DNA from: Paecilomyces variotii
Lineage: Eukaryota
NCBI GenBank assembly: GCA_004022145.1
Contig: RCNU01000002.1
Length of the DNA stretch: 64,000 bases
Direction: 5' to 3' (one strand)
The notes beneath the pieces are model-generated. The model saw only the letters and a program-made list of their open reading frames with translations. It did not search any database and was not told the origin of the DNA. Positions 26,415 through 38,480 of the stretch are shown piece by piece. Each line of letters starts with the position of its first letter. The first letter of the stretch is position 1. The position numbers were made by a program, and so were the translations under genes.

Positions 26415-27590
26415 CTAGCCATTGACCATCACACCTCCATTGGGATGCAAGCATTGTCCTGAGATATAACTACTGTCCTGGGACGCGAGAAACACGAAAC
26501 ATGTCGCTACTTCGCTTGGTTGTCCCGGCCGGCCCATGGGTACAGCGTGGAATTGTTCCATAGCCTCAGTAGTCATTGTCGCTGGAATAAGGGGAGTCCA
26601 AACTGTGCGTGAGAATCATTATGTCAGTACATGATGAGAATTGTTCAAATGGGGCTCTTGTTTTTTTGGACAAACATACTGGGACCGGGGCACACGCAGT
26701 TTACGCGGATGCCTTTGCTAATCTGTTGATTGGATAGAGCTCGGGTGAATGCCACGATCGCTCCTTTGGTGGACGTGTAATCGAGAAGATCACCACGGCC
26801 GATATACGGGTTCACTGAAGCGCAATTGATGATCGTCGAACCGGGCTTCAGATGAGGCAGTGCGTACTTCGCCAGATAGAAGAAAGGATGGATATTCGTA
26901 TCGAAGGTACGTATCCATTGCTCCCTGTAAGATAGATAGATACAGTTAGCAAAGCTTCGTTTACACTTGCTCTCCGTGATGGGATAGCTATCACCAAAAC
27001 CGGAGGGTTGGGGGTTACTCACTCAGATAGATCGCTGATATCCGGTAGCATATTTTGGTAAGCGGCATTATTGACCAGAGTATCAATGCCACCCAAAGTC
27101 TGCAAGGCCGTATCAATCACCTTCTTGCAGTTTTCCCTCTTGCGAAGATCTAGCGGAAGCAAGTAGCATTTTTGTCCCTTCTCTTCCACTCTCTTCTTCG
27201 TCTCCTCTGCATCTGACTGCTCTTCCGGTAGGTAAACGATCAGGCTTGAAGCTCCTTCCATAGCAAAGAGTAACGCAATAGCGCGTCCAATTCCAGAGTC
27301 ACCGCCAGTAATGATAGCTCTCTTACCCTGGAGCTTCCCGGCGGCTTTGTAGAGCTGATAGCCTCCATCTTCGGTGGGTATGTGTGTCGATACGGGCTTG
27401 GGATCATCCATATCGGACTGCAGTCCAGGATGTTTCTGATGATGAACCGGGACCTTGTGCCCTGAATTCGTCACGAATTAGAAAAAAAGAAAAGAATTGA
27501 GGTTCCTGAAGATGTGATCATGACTATACCAGGTTTGAATTGAGACTCCGGGCCACTGGCCGGCTTCACGCTTCTTTTCTCAGTATCCAT
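26415..27590 (-). CDS. Short-chain dehydrogenase/reductase, YhdF/general stress protein 39-like
   Basis: YKAAGKLQGKRAIITGGDSGIG, NNAA, DYTSTKG (YxxxK), PMGRPGQPSE, LHPNGG; 3 introns. Confidence 0.92.
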
Positions 27591-28931
27591 TTTGTTTCTC
27601 TGAATGACTATACCCTATCCCCGTCAAGAGTTGATATAGCGAGACTTCAAGGTTATTATTCTTATTGTCACAATGTCAATAAGAAAGAAAAGAAGCTTGA
27701 ATATAGCTGTGTAGAATCAACGCCTGACAAGTTGTAAATATAGTCCAGGGCTGCGGACTCTCCGTCACTGTGACGTCTCCACATACGCATTCGAAGTGTT
27801 AATGCTTAAGCTTGGAAATGTGGGCCACCAAACAGTGTGTTTCCAGTGCATTGCAGATTTGCCTACGGAGATTCATCCCTAGGACGTGTTCTAAGGTTGA
27901 CTGTTGAAAGCCATGCTAACTACCTATTACAGCAGTCTCCTTGAGAGCCCGTCCAGTTATTGGCTGGGTAGGTCTTCTTCATTGATGGCGTAGAACAATT
28001 CCGCGGGAATATGCACCCATGAGAAGCTCTGGTAACCTTCTCGACCATATACCTGCGAGTCAGATATGAGGCTGTGGAAATACCTATGATTGACGGGGGT
28101 ATATAGAGTAGTTTCCTGTGTTCTCATCGTTCATGACTGCTGTGACGTTATCTTCACGTGACAGAAAAGCAACATCTTTGCCTCCCCCATAGACGAGTCT
28201 ACATCGACGTTCTTGAGAAAATAAGCTGCTAGATGCGTAGTGAGTATCCTATTCTCATGATACTTTAGCGGCAGATGGATTGATATTCAGTTCTCAAGAG
28301 TCCTTCCTGTATGATACGTAGCAGAGCGGCAACCGGAAACCGGCTAGAGGTTCTTTACCCATCTCGCAAAACACCATTAGAACAGAGACACTCCAGGTAA
28401 TTATAGCCCATAGCTCTTTTTATGCCCTTTTCTTACCGCTGACAGATTATAGATCAAAAAGTAAATCGTGAAAAAGGCTGCTGGGGACTAAAAGTAGAGA
28501 AGCGGGGAGGACCGCAGGGGCAAACAGCGAAGAAGTGGTTTTGAAACAGATGTGGATATACCGCTTCGAATTGAATGAAATCCTGTCCAAAACACGCTAT
28601 AATCTGATGCTTCAATCGTTTCGCGGGCGTGGAGATTGAGAATTAATTCATCATGTTTTCTAACATGTTCATCAAACACTGCTCACCAAAAGAGCGGCAC
28701 AAGTGGCGCTCTCAGCCCAGAGTACCCAGACGCAGCACGCTAGAGTAGATAGACTAACCAGATACGGAAACCTCCCGCAAAAATCGACCGAGTCTTGGCA
28801 TCCGGACCAAAAAAAAGTTATCGGGCTTTTTGTCGTACAGCACATGCTTTAACACTCTGCTATATTTTAACTACCCCATCTCACGTACGGATCTTATATG
28901 ATCTGACCCGGCGGTATCGCATACCGCCATA

Positions 28932-31064
28932 ATGCCCGTGGCAGTGATGAATTCAGCCACAGAGCCGGTCGGCGATTCTTCGCTGAAGATCGTTGAATCT
29001 GTGTCTTCTGCTCCTCACAATTTCCTTCGGCCTACCTCAGACCTTTATGCGTCTTCAGTCGCGTCCGCGAGGTATTATCTGGATTCTCTGGCTGAAGCCG
29101 TAAGCTCAATTCAGAGTGCGCGTCAACAGGAAAACAGAAAAAAGCGCAAGAGGTCGGAGCTGGGCGAAAGTTACACGGAAGATGTCCTACGCTTGAAGCA
29201 GCTCCATGTGGACGGATTCAGTATTGGTCAGATTTGGGAACAAGCAGCGAGGATACTAAACTCTACGGACAGGGAGATTAAACGGGATCTTTCTGTCGTG
29301 TCTGTTCCTGCTAGCGAAAGTGCAAGGGTATCCAAGTCTGCTGCCAGAGAAGCGCCGTCGAATGATGATGATTTTGACTCGGACCAAGACGATGAAGATG
29401 ATGCCTCTATCATTTCTGGACAGTCGCAGGAGGAACTCGACTACAGTGGTGCCAGTGGATCTGAATCTGAACTGCAAGAAGATGGCTTGGAGGAGTCGCA
29501 TATGGGAAGCGATGCCGAAGAAGCGTTGGACGAGGACAATATTGCCGCTTCGTCAGATGATGACGAGAATCGCGATTTCTACGTGGAAGATCCACATGGC
29601 TTGAACGACGGCTTCTTTTCCATCGATGATTTCAACAAACAGACAGAGTTACTGGAGAGACAGGATATGATGGGGGCCCCTGATGATGACGATGACGACG
29701 AGGAAGATATTGACTGGCACGCCGATCCCCTCACTCTGGGGCAGCCATCGTCCATTTCCAGGGGCAAGTCTTCTACGAGGGAAGATGAAGAGGACGAGTC
29801 AGATGAAGAGGATGGCCCAACTTTCGGAAATGCCAACCTCGATGAGATGTCTGACTCAGACAATGATGATGGCGCTTACATGGATGCTGGCGGTGATACT
29901 GCATGGATCGATACGAGCAATATCAAATACGACGACTTTTTTGCGCCACCACCGCGAAAGGTTTCCAAGAAACACATGCGCGCCCTACCTAAGACACAGC
30001 CAGAGCCGCAGGATATCGAGAACGAGCTCGAGCGGGCAATGGCAGATGTCCGCCGCGACCTGTTTGAAGATGAGAGTGAAGTTGAGGGATCTGAGGCAGA
30101 ATCCGGTGCAGAGAGTCAGGATGGAGCCTCTGGAAATATCCGCTCGACCCATGAGAAGCAGCGGGCAAAGATTGCGAGCGAGATCCGGCGGCTGGAAGCG
30201 GAGAATGTCGCAAAGAAAGAATGGATGGTTGCCGGAGAAGCACGAGCGACGGACAGACCAGTCAATTCTCTGATCGAGGAGGACCTAGAATTTGAGCGAA
30301 TTGGCAAACCCGTGCCTGTCGTTACTCACGAGACCACCGAAGACATCGAAGAGCTCGTCAAGCGGAGGATTGTAGCCAAGGAATTCGATGAAGTGATCCG
30401 TCGTCGCCCAGATGCTATAAGTGGGCCGCATACCAAGAGAGGAAGAGTCGAACTTGATGATTCTAAGCCGCAGCAGAGTCTCGCTGAATTATACGAAGCC
30501 GACCACCTCCGTGCCACCGACAGCAGCTACGTCAGCCAAAAGGACAAGAAATTGAAACGCGAGCATGACGAAATAACCGAGTTATGGAAGAACATAAGCA
30601 GTCAATTGGACTCTCTTTCGAACTGGCATTATAAGCCGAAGACACCGCAAGCGACTATCAACGTGGTTACAGACGTGGCAACGATCACGATGGAGGATGC
30701 ACGCCCGACAGCGGGCGCTGCTGTCAGCGGTCCTGGTGCATTGGCTCCGCAGGAGATCTATGCTCCTGAAGGTAGCAACAATGCCGGTGAAGTCGTCCTC
30801 AAGGGAGGTTCGTCTCTGGCCAAGGATGAAATGAGCCGAGAGGAGAAGCTCAGGCATAGACGCCGCCAGAAGGAGAAGCAGAAGAAGGCAAATGCCAATG
30901 CTCCTCCCAGTCAGACTGGCAAGGCGGCGGAGAAGCAACGCGTTATTTCAGACTTGAAGAAGGGTGATGTCAAGGTGCTCGGTCAAAATGGCGAGATGAG
31001 GGATGTCCAAGGACGTCTGGCGGGATCTGCTACGGGTAAAAAGGGGGATGTGCTCAAATTGTAA
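28932..31064 (+). CDS. MPP10: U3 snoRNP protein Mpp10
   Basis: Intronless 710 aa; acidic tract; LEAENVAKKEWMVAGE..RPVNSLIEEDLEFE, LDSLSNWHYKPK, LAPQEIY. Confidence 0.95.
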   Translation: MPVAVMNSATEPVGDSSLKIVESVSSAPHNFLRPTSDLYASSVASARYYLDSLAEAVSSIQSARQQENRKKRKRSELGESYTEDVLRLKQLHVDGFSIGQIWEQAARILNSTDREIKRDLSVVSVPASESARVSKSAAREAPSNDDDFDSDQDDEDDASIISGQSQEELDYSGASGSESELQEDGLEESHMGSDAEEALDEDNIAASSDDDENRDFYVEDPHGLNDGFFSIDDFNKQTELLERQDMMGAPDDDDDDEEDIDWHADPLTLGQPSSISRGKSSTREDEEDESDEEDGPTFGNANLDEMSDSDNDDGAYMDAGGDTAWIDTSNIKYDDFFAPPPRKVSKKHMRALPKTQPEPQDIENELERAMADVRRDLFEDESEVEGSEAESGAESQDGASGNIRSTHEKQRAKIASEIRRLEAENVAKKEWMVAGEARATDRPVNSLIEEDLEFERIGKPVPVVTHETTEDIEELVKRRIVAKEFDEVIRRRPDAISGPHTKRGRVELDDSKPQQSLAELYEADHLRATDSSYVSQKDKKLKREHDEITELWKNISSQLDSLSNWHYKPKTPQATINVVTDVATITMEDARPTAGAAVSGPGALAPQEIYAPEGSNNAGEVVLKGGSSLAKDEMSREEKLRHRRRQKEKQKKANANAPPSQTGKAAEKQRVISDLKKGDVKVLGQNGEMRDVQGRLAGSATGKKGDVLKL

Positions 31065-31133
31065 ATAGTCTCGACATAGTCAATGATTGCAGATTCGACT
31101 TTTTATAATCTACCACTCAGCAACCTATCAAGA

Positions 31134-31986
31134 TCAGGTTGAAGTCTCCGCAGACCGATTCGCCCCAGTCTGTTTGGCGGGTGATTTTGATCTGATCACC
31201 CAGATGGTGATGTTTTCTCTGGCGTAAGTCTGACGGTCCGGATCGTCTGTGACCTCAGTAATATCAAAGGCCTTTTTGGCAAGCTTGATAAATCTGAGAT
31301 CCGCTCTTCGTCGTCGCTTGAAGCAGAAGTAGCAGACGGTCTCAGGGCCTATGAGGCTCTGTAGTGTCTCTACTAAGAGCGGGAACGCAGGTTCAAAGTA
31401 GACACAGTCTGCCGCTAGGACCACGGCCGGATGGTGAGGGATGTCCTCCGGGAGAGGGGTTCCCCAGTCAAGCACGCTGGCCTTGACCAGCGGCAACAGG
31501 TTGTTTAGTTTGATGTTGGTTTCCATCAAGGCAAGCATGGGCTTCTGGTCGGTGATATAGATGGGAGAGTCAACTGAGCAGCCTCGAGCGACAGCTAACC
31601 CGACAAGGCCTCCCCCGGCACCTAATTCAACTCTGTGTGGTTTCTGTCAGCATAAAACTTCATTGAAGACTAAGTCTGCATATGAAGAATCCGCATTTGC
31701 AATGAAACAGCGTTGGGATGGAGCATACAGACATAGTCTTACCACGCAGGTCTGAATGATGCCGACGGAGCATGTACTTTGAGAGCACAATGCCCGCCGG
31801 CCAGAGTTGTCCACCGCATCCTTCCTTGAGATCTTCCTGGAGTACTAGAGGCTCAGAGAGCAGGCCATCAAAATCGATATTTGTCGTCCCCGCGGTCTTC
31901 TGCTCCCTTGGAGGAACCAATGACTCGCTGATAGCGAAGGGAGAATCCTGGTCCGATTCTCCCGAATCGTGGACGCGGTCCTCCAT
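31134..31986 (-). CDS. EFM6: Protein-lysine methyltransferase, METTL21/Efm6-like
   Basis: GCGGQLWPAG, VELGAGGGLVG, ITDQ, LDWG, LAADCVY (DxxY), KRRRRAD; 1 intron. Confidence 0.88.
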
Positions 31987-32849
31987 GCAGGAACAGGCGG
32001 GACGATCGTGCACGGAGCGAGACTAGCGCGTGTGGAATCCAGGGGACTGCAGGAATAGGATACGCAGGAGGTGGCTGGGAAGCGTTAACGACTCAAAAAT
32101 CCAAGGATAGCGGGAAGAATGGGAGAATCCTCTTTTGGGAAAGAGATGGATCATTTACTGTGATATTTTTAGCGGGGATCTGGATCTCGAAACGGAAGCG
32201 TTTTTTATGACCGTGCGTGCGGGGAGGGGAACGATGATGACTAAGTATCGATACGGTTTTGTAACTTAATTTACCTACCTAGATACCTACCTAGGTACGT
32301 ATCCAGTAACGGCAATAATGGTTAGTTAGTGCTCTCCAGGCTAGTTAGCCCTGGCGAGCGATTGATCTTTCCCGAATCTATACTGTATGTACTATGAAGA
32401 AACATGAAATATGATGCGAAAAGACAATGGAGCAGGGAACCTTTCAGGAACCCTAGACGTTGCCCAGGGATATGACGCGGTAGAGCAGGGCAAGAACATG
32501 AAATCAATATCAATTAATTACTCCGTAGTCCCGTAATTACCTCCGTAACCGGGAAGTTGCCAAGTTAGCGCGGAGTCCTTGCGACCTAGATAGTCTAGAG
32601 GAGAACGCCAATTGATGGAGCTGCAGCCATCGCGCTCACATTCTGGGATCCATTAATGGGTATGGTAAATAATATAGGACGAATCCAGGTACGGAGTGTC
32701 TCAGTGAGAAATCAATAATAATGATTAGGGCATGGCCGACTACGGCAGATGGCTTGTTTTATTTCTTCTCTTGGCAATCAAGAAGCTTGATGCTATGTAA
32801 CTAGGTAACTAGCGTCGCCGGCCATGACTGTTTGCGTCCAGCCGCGGCT

Positions 32850-32857
32850 TGACGTCA
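32850..32857. promoter_or_regulatory. CRE/ATF palindrome TGACGTCA
   Basis: Perfect site ~320 bp upstream of ATG 33179, with a second GACGTCA at ~32982. Confidence 0.45.
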
Positions 32858-33178
32858 ACGAGGGCTTGTATACCAATTATTATTGCCCCAGTTGGACTCT
32901 TTTTTCATACTGTAAACAGGCTTGCCAAGATGGACTTTCGTGCTCATTGCTCATCATCGCATGTCCACTTGCGGTCATGACGACGTCATCACATTGCCCG
33001 GCTGGATCCAGCCTGGGAACAGCCAAACCATGTGACTTCCATCCCGGCTCGTTCAAAAGGCTTCATGTCGCCCTTGCTGGTCGTCTTCGATTCTATTATT
33101 ACTGCCAGATCCGATCATCTCATCTCGTCTTGATCTTGAACATCTTAATCCTCTGAACCTATTCCACATCCTCCCACC

Positions 33179-33787
33179 ATGGCTACCCTGCACTGTAAGT
33201 ACTTCCCCTCGGACATTACCTAGTCCTTCCACAATCCAATGGATGTCTTCAAGAAACTGATCATCATTCCATCTAGACCTCCCTCCCGTGAAGCCCTCCG
33301 CCATTGCGCTGGGAGCTGTCTTCACCCACACCGCTTCCCTGGGCATCCTTACCCCCGTCTTCGGTGACACCTACCACCGTGCTCAGGCTGCAAACACCAA
33401 GGAGGAGTTCCTGAAGTCCAAGGAGACCGCCAGCGCTGTTGCCGCGTGGGGAAGCTCTCTGGTCGGCAGTGCTGTCCAGACCTACGGTGTTGCCGCTCTG
33501 ATCAACGCAACCGGTACCCTCAGCTACAAGGGTGCCGCCTACCTGGGCAGTCTGATCTTCTTTGCTAGCTCCGCTCCAAGCGTATGTCACGATCCAGCCA
33601 TGCCATGTTCTTAACGCACTGGGCTTGATTAACTGACATTGAAACCATACAGTTCATTTCCCAGATCTTCACCGAGAAGAGACCCCTGGACACCATTGCT
33701 GTCGGTGCCGTCAGCCGTGTGTTCGAGACCGTGGGTCTCAGTTTGTTCCTCACCTGGTGGGGAACGCGTACCAACCCTTTTGATTAA
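33179..33787 (+). CDS. Small multi-pass membrane protein (DUF1761-like), 2 introns
   Basis: Spliced ORF MATLHYLPPVKPSAIALG...LTWWGTRTNPFD; several hydrophobic segments; strong C-ending codon bias. Family name is from recall and tentative. Confidence 0.75.
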
Positions 33788-34312
33788 ATAAACTGTTGCG
33801 GTATATGTCCTTTGATGACGGTTCGGACGAGACCCGGGAAACGATTTCTTATCCATGTCTTATCATAATTGAGCAACCGTGTTGTATAAATCAGGACGAA
33901 CAAGGTTCCTCTTAATAAAGAATTTGCGGTGTCGTTCATCTGTTGTGTTTTGACGTAAGAGAAGAGTTCAAATATAATGTCGAGACTGTAATAATTATTG
34001 AGACTGTCGTGTCCACTGCGCAGCGTTCGATTGGATATTCACAGGTAGAAAAGTCGCACATTTCCGCCCCTACCTATATTCTAAAGATGTTCCTCACGCA
34101 CAAGAACCAGTGGTTAGAATGATAGGACTCACTATAGCCGTGAATACTATTCTCATTTGCAAGATATAACACAGAATCTACATAACCATACCACCGAGTC
34201 CAGATGACAAGGGAGGCCGTTCGAAAGGAAATCTAATATGACAGATTGGCTCGCGCAAGAGGTCCCAATGTGATGACATAATAAACTGATTTCTTCGAGA
34301 AACGACCTAATA

Positions 34313-34330
34313 AGAGAGAGAGAGAGAGAG
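34313..34330. repeat. (AG)9 microsatellite just downstream of the complex I subunit stop
   Basis: Direct reading. Confidence 0.9.
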
Positions 34331-34337
34331 AATATAT

Positions 34338-35067
34338 TTAGACAAAGGTACGGCAAGGATATCTGCATGAAAAGAAAAAAATATAGTTAGCTCTCGAATC
34401 ATTCTAGCTCTCAGTCCCAATGATTCAGATACGTACTTCTCTGGATAAGCCTGCTCGGCACCCAGCTTGTATCTCGGCTCCGGGTTCAAGTTGGCAGGCA
34501 GAGGCGGCAATCCGTTAGGTCCCAGGATACCCTGAATACCCTTCTTGTCCTTCTCGAACAGAGCGGCAAGACCGCGCTCCTCACCTTCCTGCTTCACCGC
34601 AACCAGCTGCTTCTGACCAGCTTCTCCGATCTGCAGAACATCCTCCTTTGGTGCGGCCTTGCTTCCTACGCTGAGGAGACCCACAACATCCGCCTGGTTA
34701 ACCACGCTCAGTCTCGGGTAGTTTCTGCGCGTGTCTCGCTTCCAGTAGGGGTTGTCGGCGATATCAGCGGCAGGAACAGTGACAGGGTCATCGTACGATT
34801 CCGGGGGGAGAGATCCTGGCGTAGGCCAACGGTACTGAGGGTTCAATGGGACACCGGTAGATCGGGTAGGGTCGACGGCTAGAAGGCGGCGAATACGCTC
34901 CCAGATGCCGGTCGACTGGACGGTATATTTCTACAAGCTGTCAGTAATCCGGCATCGAGTAGAAAAAAAAAGAAAAGAAAAGGCAGGATAAGCCGCAGGA
35001 GACTCACCTTGTGGACGGCAATCGCATTTGACAGCGATTTGCCCACTTTCAGCGCATCCCGAGTCAT
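34338..35067 (-). CDS. Fungal complex I 21.3 kDa accessory subunit (NUO-21.3a/NUZM-like)
   Basis: KYTVQSTGIWERIRRLLAVDPTRSTGVPLNPQYR, ADIADNPYWKRDTRRNYP, ends YPCRTFV; 2 introns. Confidence 0.85.
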
Positions 35068-35818
35068 GTTGGCACGCCTAGAAGAGGCTAACTTTCCTGT
35101 GTATCGAAGTCATCAGAGAGAATGAAACGAAGACGAAACTGCCGCTTGAGCCAGCAACGACTGCTGGGCTACATACCTCGTGAATTCAAACGCTTACCGA
35201 ACTGATGCTCTGATATCCGAACGAGAACGGAGGTGGTTTGAGGTGCAGTTGTCGGGATCGGGAAATCTATATTCCGAGAGGGAAATGCATATCACTTCGG
35301 GGCACTCTGATGTAATAAGATCTTCGAAAGAGAGGGGGCACAATGGAAAATTCACAGATTGTGGATTCGAGCGTACCGTAAATTCGTTCTGGTTGTCTCA
35401 TTACATTTATTCGATCTCATCTAGGATGGTTTGCATATCTGGACTATGTTGCGGTTTTTGCAGATGACTATCCGCATTTGGATGCTTTGTGATTCGCTCC
35501 CTGCCATTGAATCTTGATCCGAGTAAATGCTGAGGGACTTATGTTCAACAATAGGTCTAGAATACTTTTGAAACACTTCCTTTCAATAACAATGCTCTAG
35601 CACTGTGGATTCAAAACCGTGCGATAAATTATGTACATACATACTTAAATACTCTACCACAACCCACTGTGATCTCATCTTTCCGTGGGCTAATGTTCGA
35701 TGTTGTACATCAGACATATAGATGCCTCGCGCACAGAGAGATGCGATTAAGAACTCCTATATCTAGAATACCTAGATAAGGGTCGTTGCTGCAACAGTAC
35801 CTGATGAGTTACCGAACA

Positions 35819-36755
35819 TCATGACTTGTCCGGGGCGGACGAGCCGTCTGCTTTTGTCTCCGAATCTTTGGATTCGTCTTTGCCCTCATCTGGTTTGCTC
35901 TTCACTAGCGCTCTCACGGCGTTAACAGTTGCCTCCGGTCCACCAGCCTCTGAGATCAGGACCTTTCCGGCCTTATCCACGACGACGACTCCTCTGAGCG
36001 TTCCTTTTGGTGCCTTCTTGAAGCCGAGAGCCCCAATTAGGCTAGCCTGTTGGTCACACAGGAGAGGGTATGGAAGGTTCTGTTTAGTCTTGAAGGTCGT
36101 GTTGGCCTTGGGTGAATCGTTGGAGAGCCCATAAATAGCCAGACCGGTGGAGGTCAAGTCGCTGTAATCATCGCGGAAAAAGCATGCCTGCCTTGTGCCT
36201 TGGATCATTATTAATTTCAACTTCATCGTTTCTTCCTTCCGGGACGTATGTGTTTTGACAGTCTTGGTCATTTGCAGAAGGAGTATACGAACACAAAGGG
36301 AAGAGAGAATAATAAAGAATCTCGCCGTGCTTACAAACTCCAGTCCGAATCACGCCTTGGGGCAGTTGGAGCTCAAGACAAATCTCATGGACTTCTACCA
36401 GGCAAATAGGGGCGTTGGAAACGGGATCGAAGGACGAGAAGGAATACTTACATCCAGGGGTCGAAGCCTTGGGGTATGTAAAAAGAACAACTCCCGCTTC
36501 ACTCTCGTCAACCAATGCCTTCAGCGTCGTCTTGACACCCTCGTGCGTTTCGATTTCTCCTCCAAACCCATCGAGTTGAATGGTATCTCCCACCGAGGGA
36601 GTGCTAGATTTCGACGATTGAGCGGCCGAGTCCTTCTGGGCTCCCTTTGCCGATGCTCGAGGTCGACCTCTGGTAGCTGCCTTCTGTGTTACCTTGGGCT
36701 TCTTCTCCGTCGGGGCGGGCTCTGCGGGTGCTTTGCGCTTCCTGAGTTCGACCAT
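35819..36755 (-). CDS. DOT5: Peroxiredoxin Q/BCP family (Dot5-like), intron 36199-36451
   Basis: FTYPKASTPG|CTRQAC (PxxxTxxC plus resolving Cys), YGLSND, LPYPLLCD; basic NLS-like N-terminus. Confidence 0.92.
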
Positions 36756-37107
36756 GTTGGTAGCGGCGCGATACCAATGTTTATGTGATCAGGGTGTTTT
36801 CTGGAGTTTTCAAAGACAGATAATAGCGCACTTGCCAGGAGCGATTTGCAATAGAAAGTGAGGGATTAAGGGAATAATAAGCTTGAGTGGTGGCAGTGAG
36901 TTATAGCAAACGATAAGGAGTAATATGCGACGGACCTTTCCAGCTGCGACGCGCGGGAAACGCGTTCTGGACTTATTCTACTCCGTAGTTACTCTAGTCC
37001 AAGGGCCCGCTAACCCCGGTGTCCGGCGCGGAGATATCGACTACTACTAGTAGAGGGAGTTACTGAACTGGGTTGAGTATCGTGTCTTGACAAGCCTGTC
37101 ACTATTG

Positions 37108-37120
37108 AAAAAAAAAAAAA
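37108..37120. repeat. Poly(A)13 tract in DOT5/UPS2 divergent intergenic region
   Basis: Direct reading. Confidence 0.85.
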
Positions 37121-38480
37121 TCAATTAATCACTATCTGATAGTTACACCCAGAAATATGAGTCATTACATGCATACTATGCACGTGGCAAACTCCATCCT
37201 CAGTTGATACATCACGCAAGAGGACCCCGTTACTTATGCCCCCCTAAATTCGTACTCAGGACGTATGGTAGTAGTTATAGAGTCCTGCACCATATGGCAA
37301 GCGTTAAGCTGCCAAGATGATGAGATCATAAAGGCTTGTTTGTACTCGTCCGTAGAGAACCATAAAACCAGACGAGGTTCCCAAGGTCAAGGAAACAAAT
37401 CCCGATCGACACTGCAGGTGGAGCAGATCTACGAACACTCTAGTTTTGACGTGATGGACAACTTGCCTGGATTAAATTCTTACATGCAGAATCGGTGTAC
37501 AGACTATAGTGTGATGGTGTATGTGAGATAACGGTGTGCTTATGAGTATTTAGTCAGCACTGTCCTTTTTGATTCTGTTCACGCATGTATGTATGTAATT
37601 ACTTTATTTTGTGCATTGAGGCTATGATTCTCCGTTACTGCGACCGGAACGTCAGAAACTAGATTATCTCCCCAGGATGACGTTTTGCGTGCTGATCCGC
37701 CAACGAGATTTGCCAGAAATAACAGGGCGGACTGGGATAATAAATACCTGTACCTGTTATTGGATAATTAATTCGCATCATACATAGTAATAATGATAAT
37801 CGCTGTGAGGATGGAGAGTTTTGCGGGCGCAGAAACGGTTAGAACCACTCTAGTCTTCTCCAGTTGGCCGATAGAGAACCTTGGAAGATTCCCAAATGGG
37901 CGTCGGAGCCGGTGGCCAGTTTTGCTCACACGACCACCGTGGAGGCTGGGAAGTGGCAAGAGATATCAGAGACCTATCGTGTTCAACTACTCGAATATAC
38001 TCGAGGAAGAACAGGACGAACAGGAAGACAATGGGAGACAGAACCGTGGAAATGAGGCCGCGAGCAGCCTACCTGAGGGCGTAGTTCCCTGGCCCGGCTT
38101 CCGCGGTCGGGCGGTTCAGGGACGCCGTTCGCCCAGACTTTTTTTTTGCCTGGCGCAGAATCCAAATAGACCCGCCTCCCGCTTTTCACTGAAGAACAAA
38201 AGGAACCTCGACTTCTTTCTCCATAGATCGTCTTCGTTGCCTCTTTCACGACGTCCATGTTCTGCTGCTTCTTGAACGCAATTTGATCTCTTCTCTGTCT
38301 GCACTTGAGCATCGCGTTCTTCTCGCTCTTCTCACTCTTCTCACTCTTCCACTCGTCCGTTTCCCCATCTCTACAACTGGTTTCTCCGCCAGTACTTCGG
38401 GTCACGCGCACAGAGCCGGTTCTCCGGTGAACAAACTCACTCGCCCTTCTCCTCTTCTTGCCATTCTACCAACCCTCAAA

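Noticed and set aside
28640..28760. Minus-strand GGGUAC..CUGAGA resembling a TPP riboswitch, plus an AUGAUGA box C
   Set aside because: The downstream UGAUC/UAAU..GCG TPP core is missing, there is no thiamine gene nearby, and no box D lies at a plausible distance from the box C.
29683..30273. 196-aa Met/Arg-rich alternate-frame ORF inside MPP10
   Set aside because: Frame-shifted reading of GAT/GAG-rich acidic codons.
36202..36210. GGATCATTA identical to the 18S rRNA 3' end
   Set aside because: Only 9 nt, lying in the branch/acceptor zone of the DOT5 intron with no snoRNA boxes; likely chance.
36195..36788. 197-aa plus-strand ORF antisense to DOT5
   Set aside because: Non-ATG start, no recognisable motif; a shadow of the real gene.
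37768..38411. Several 60-160 aa ORFs upstream of UPS2
   Set aside because: Low-complexity purine/pyrimidine tracts typical of a promoter and 5'UTR; no coherent coding signal.
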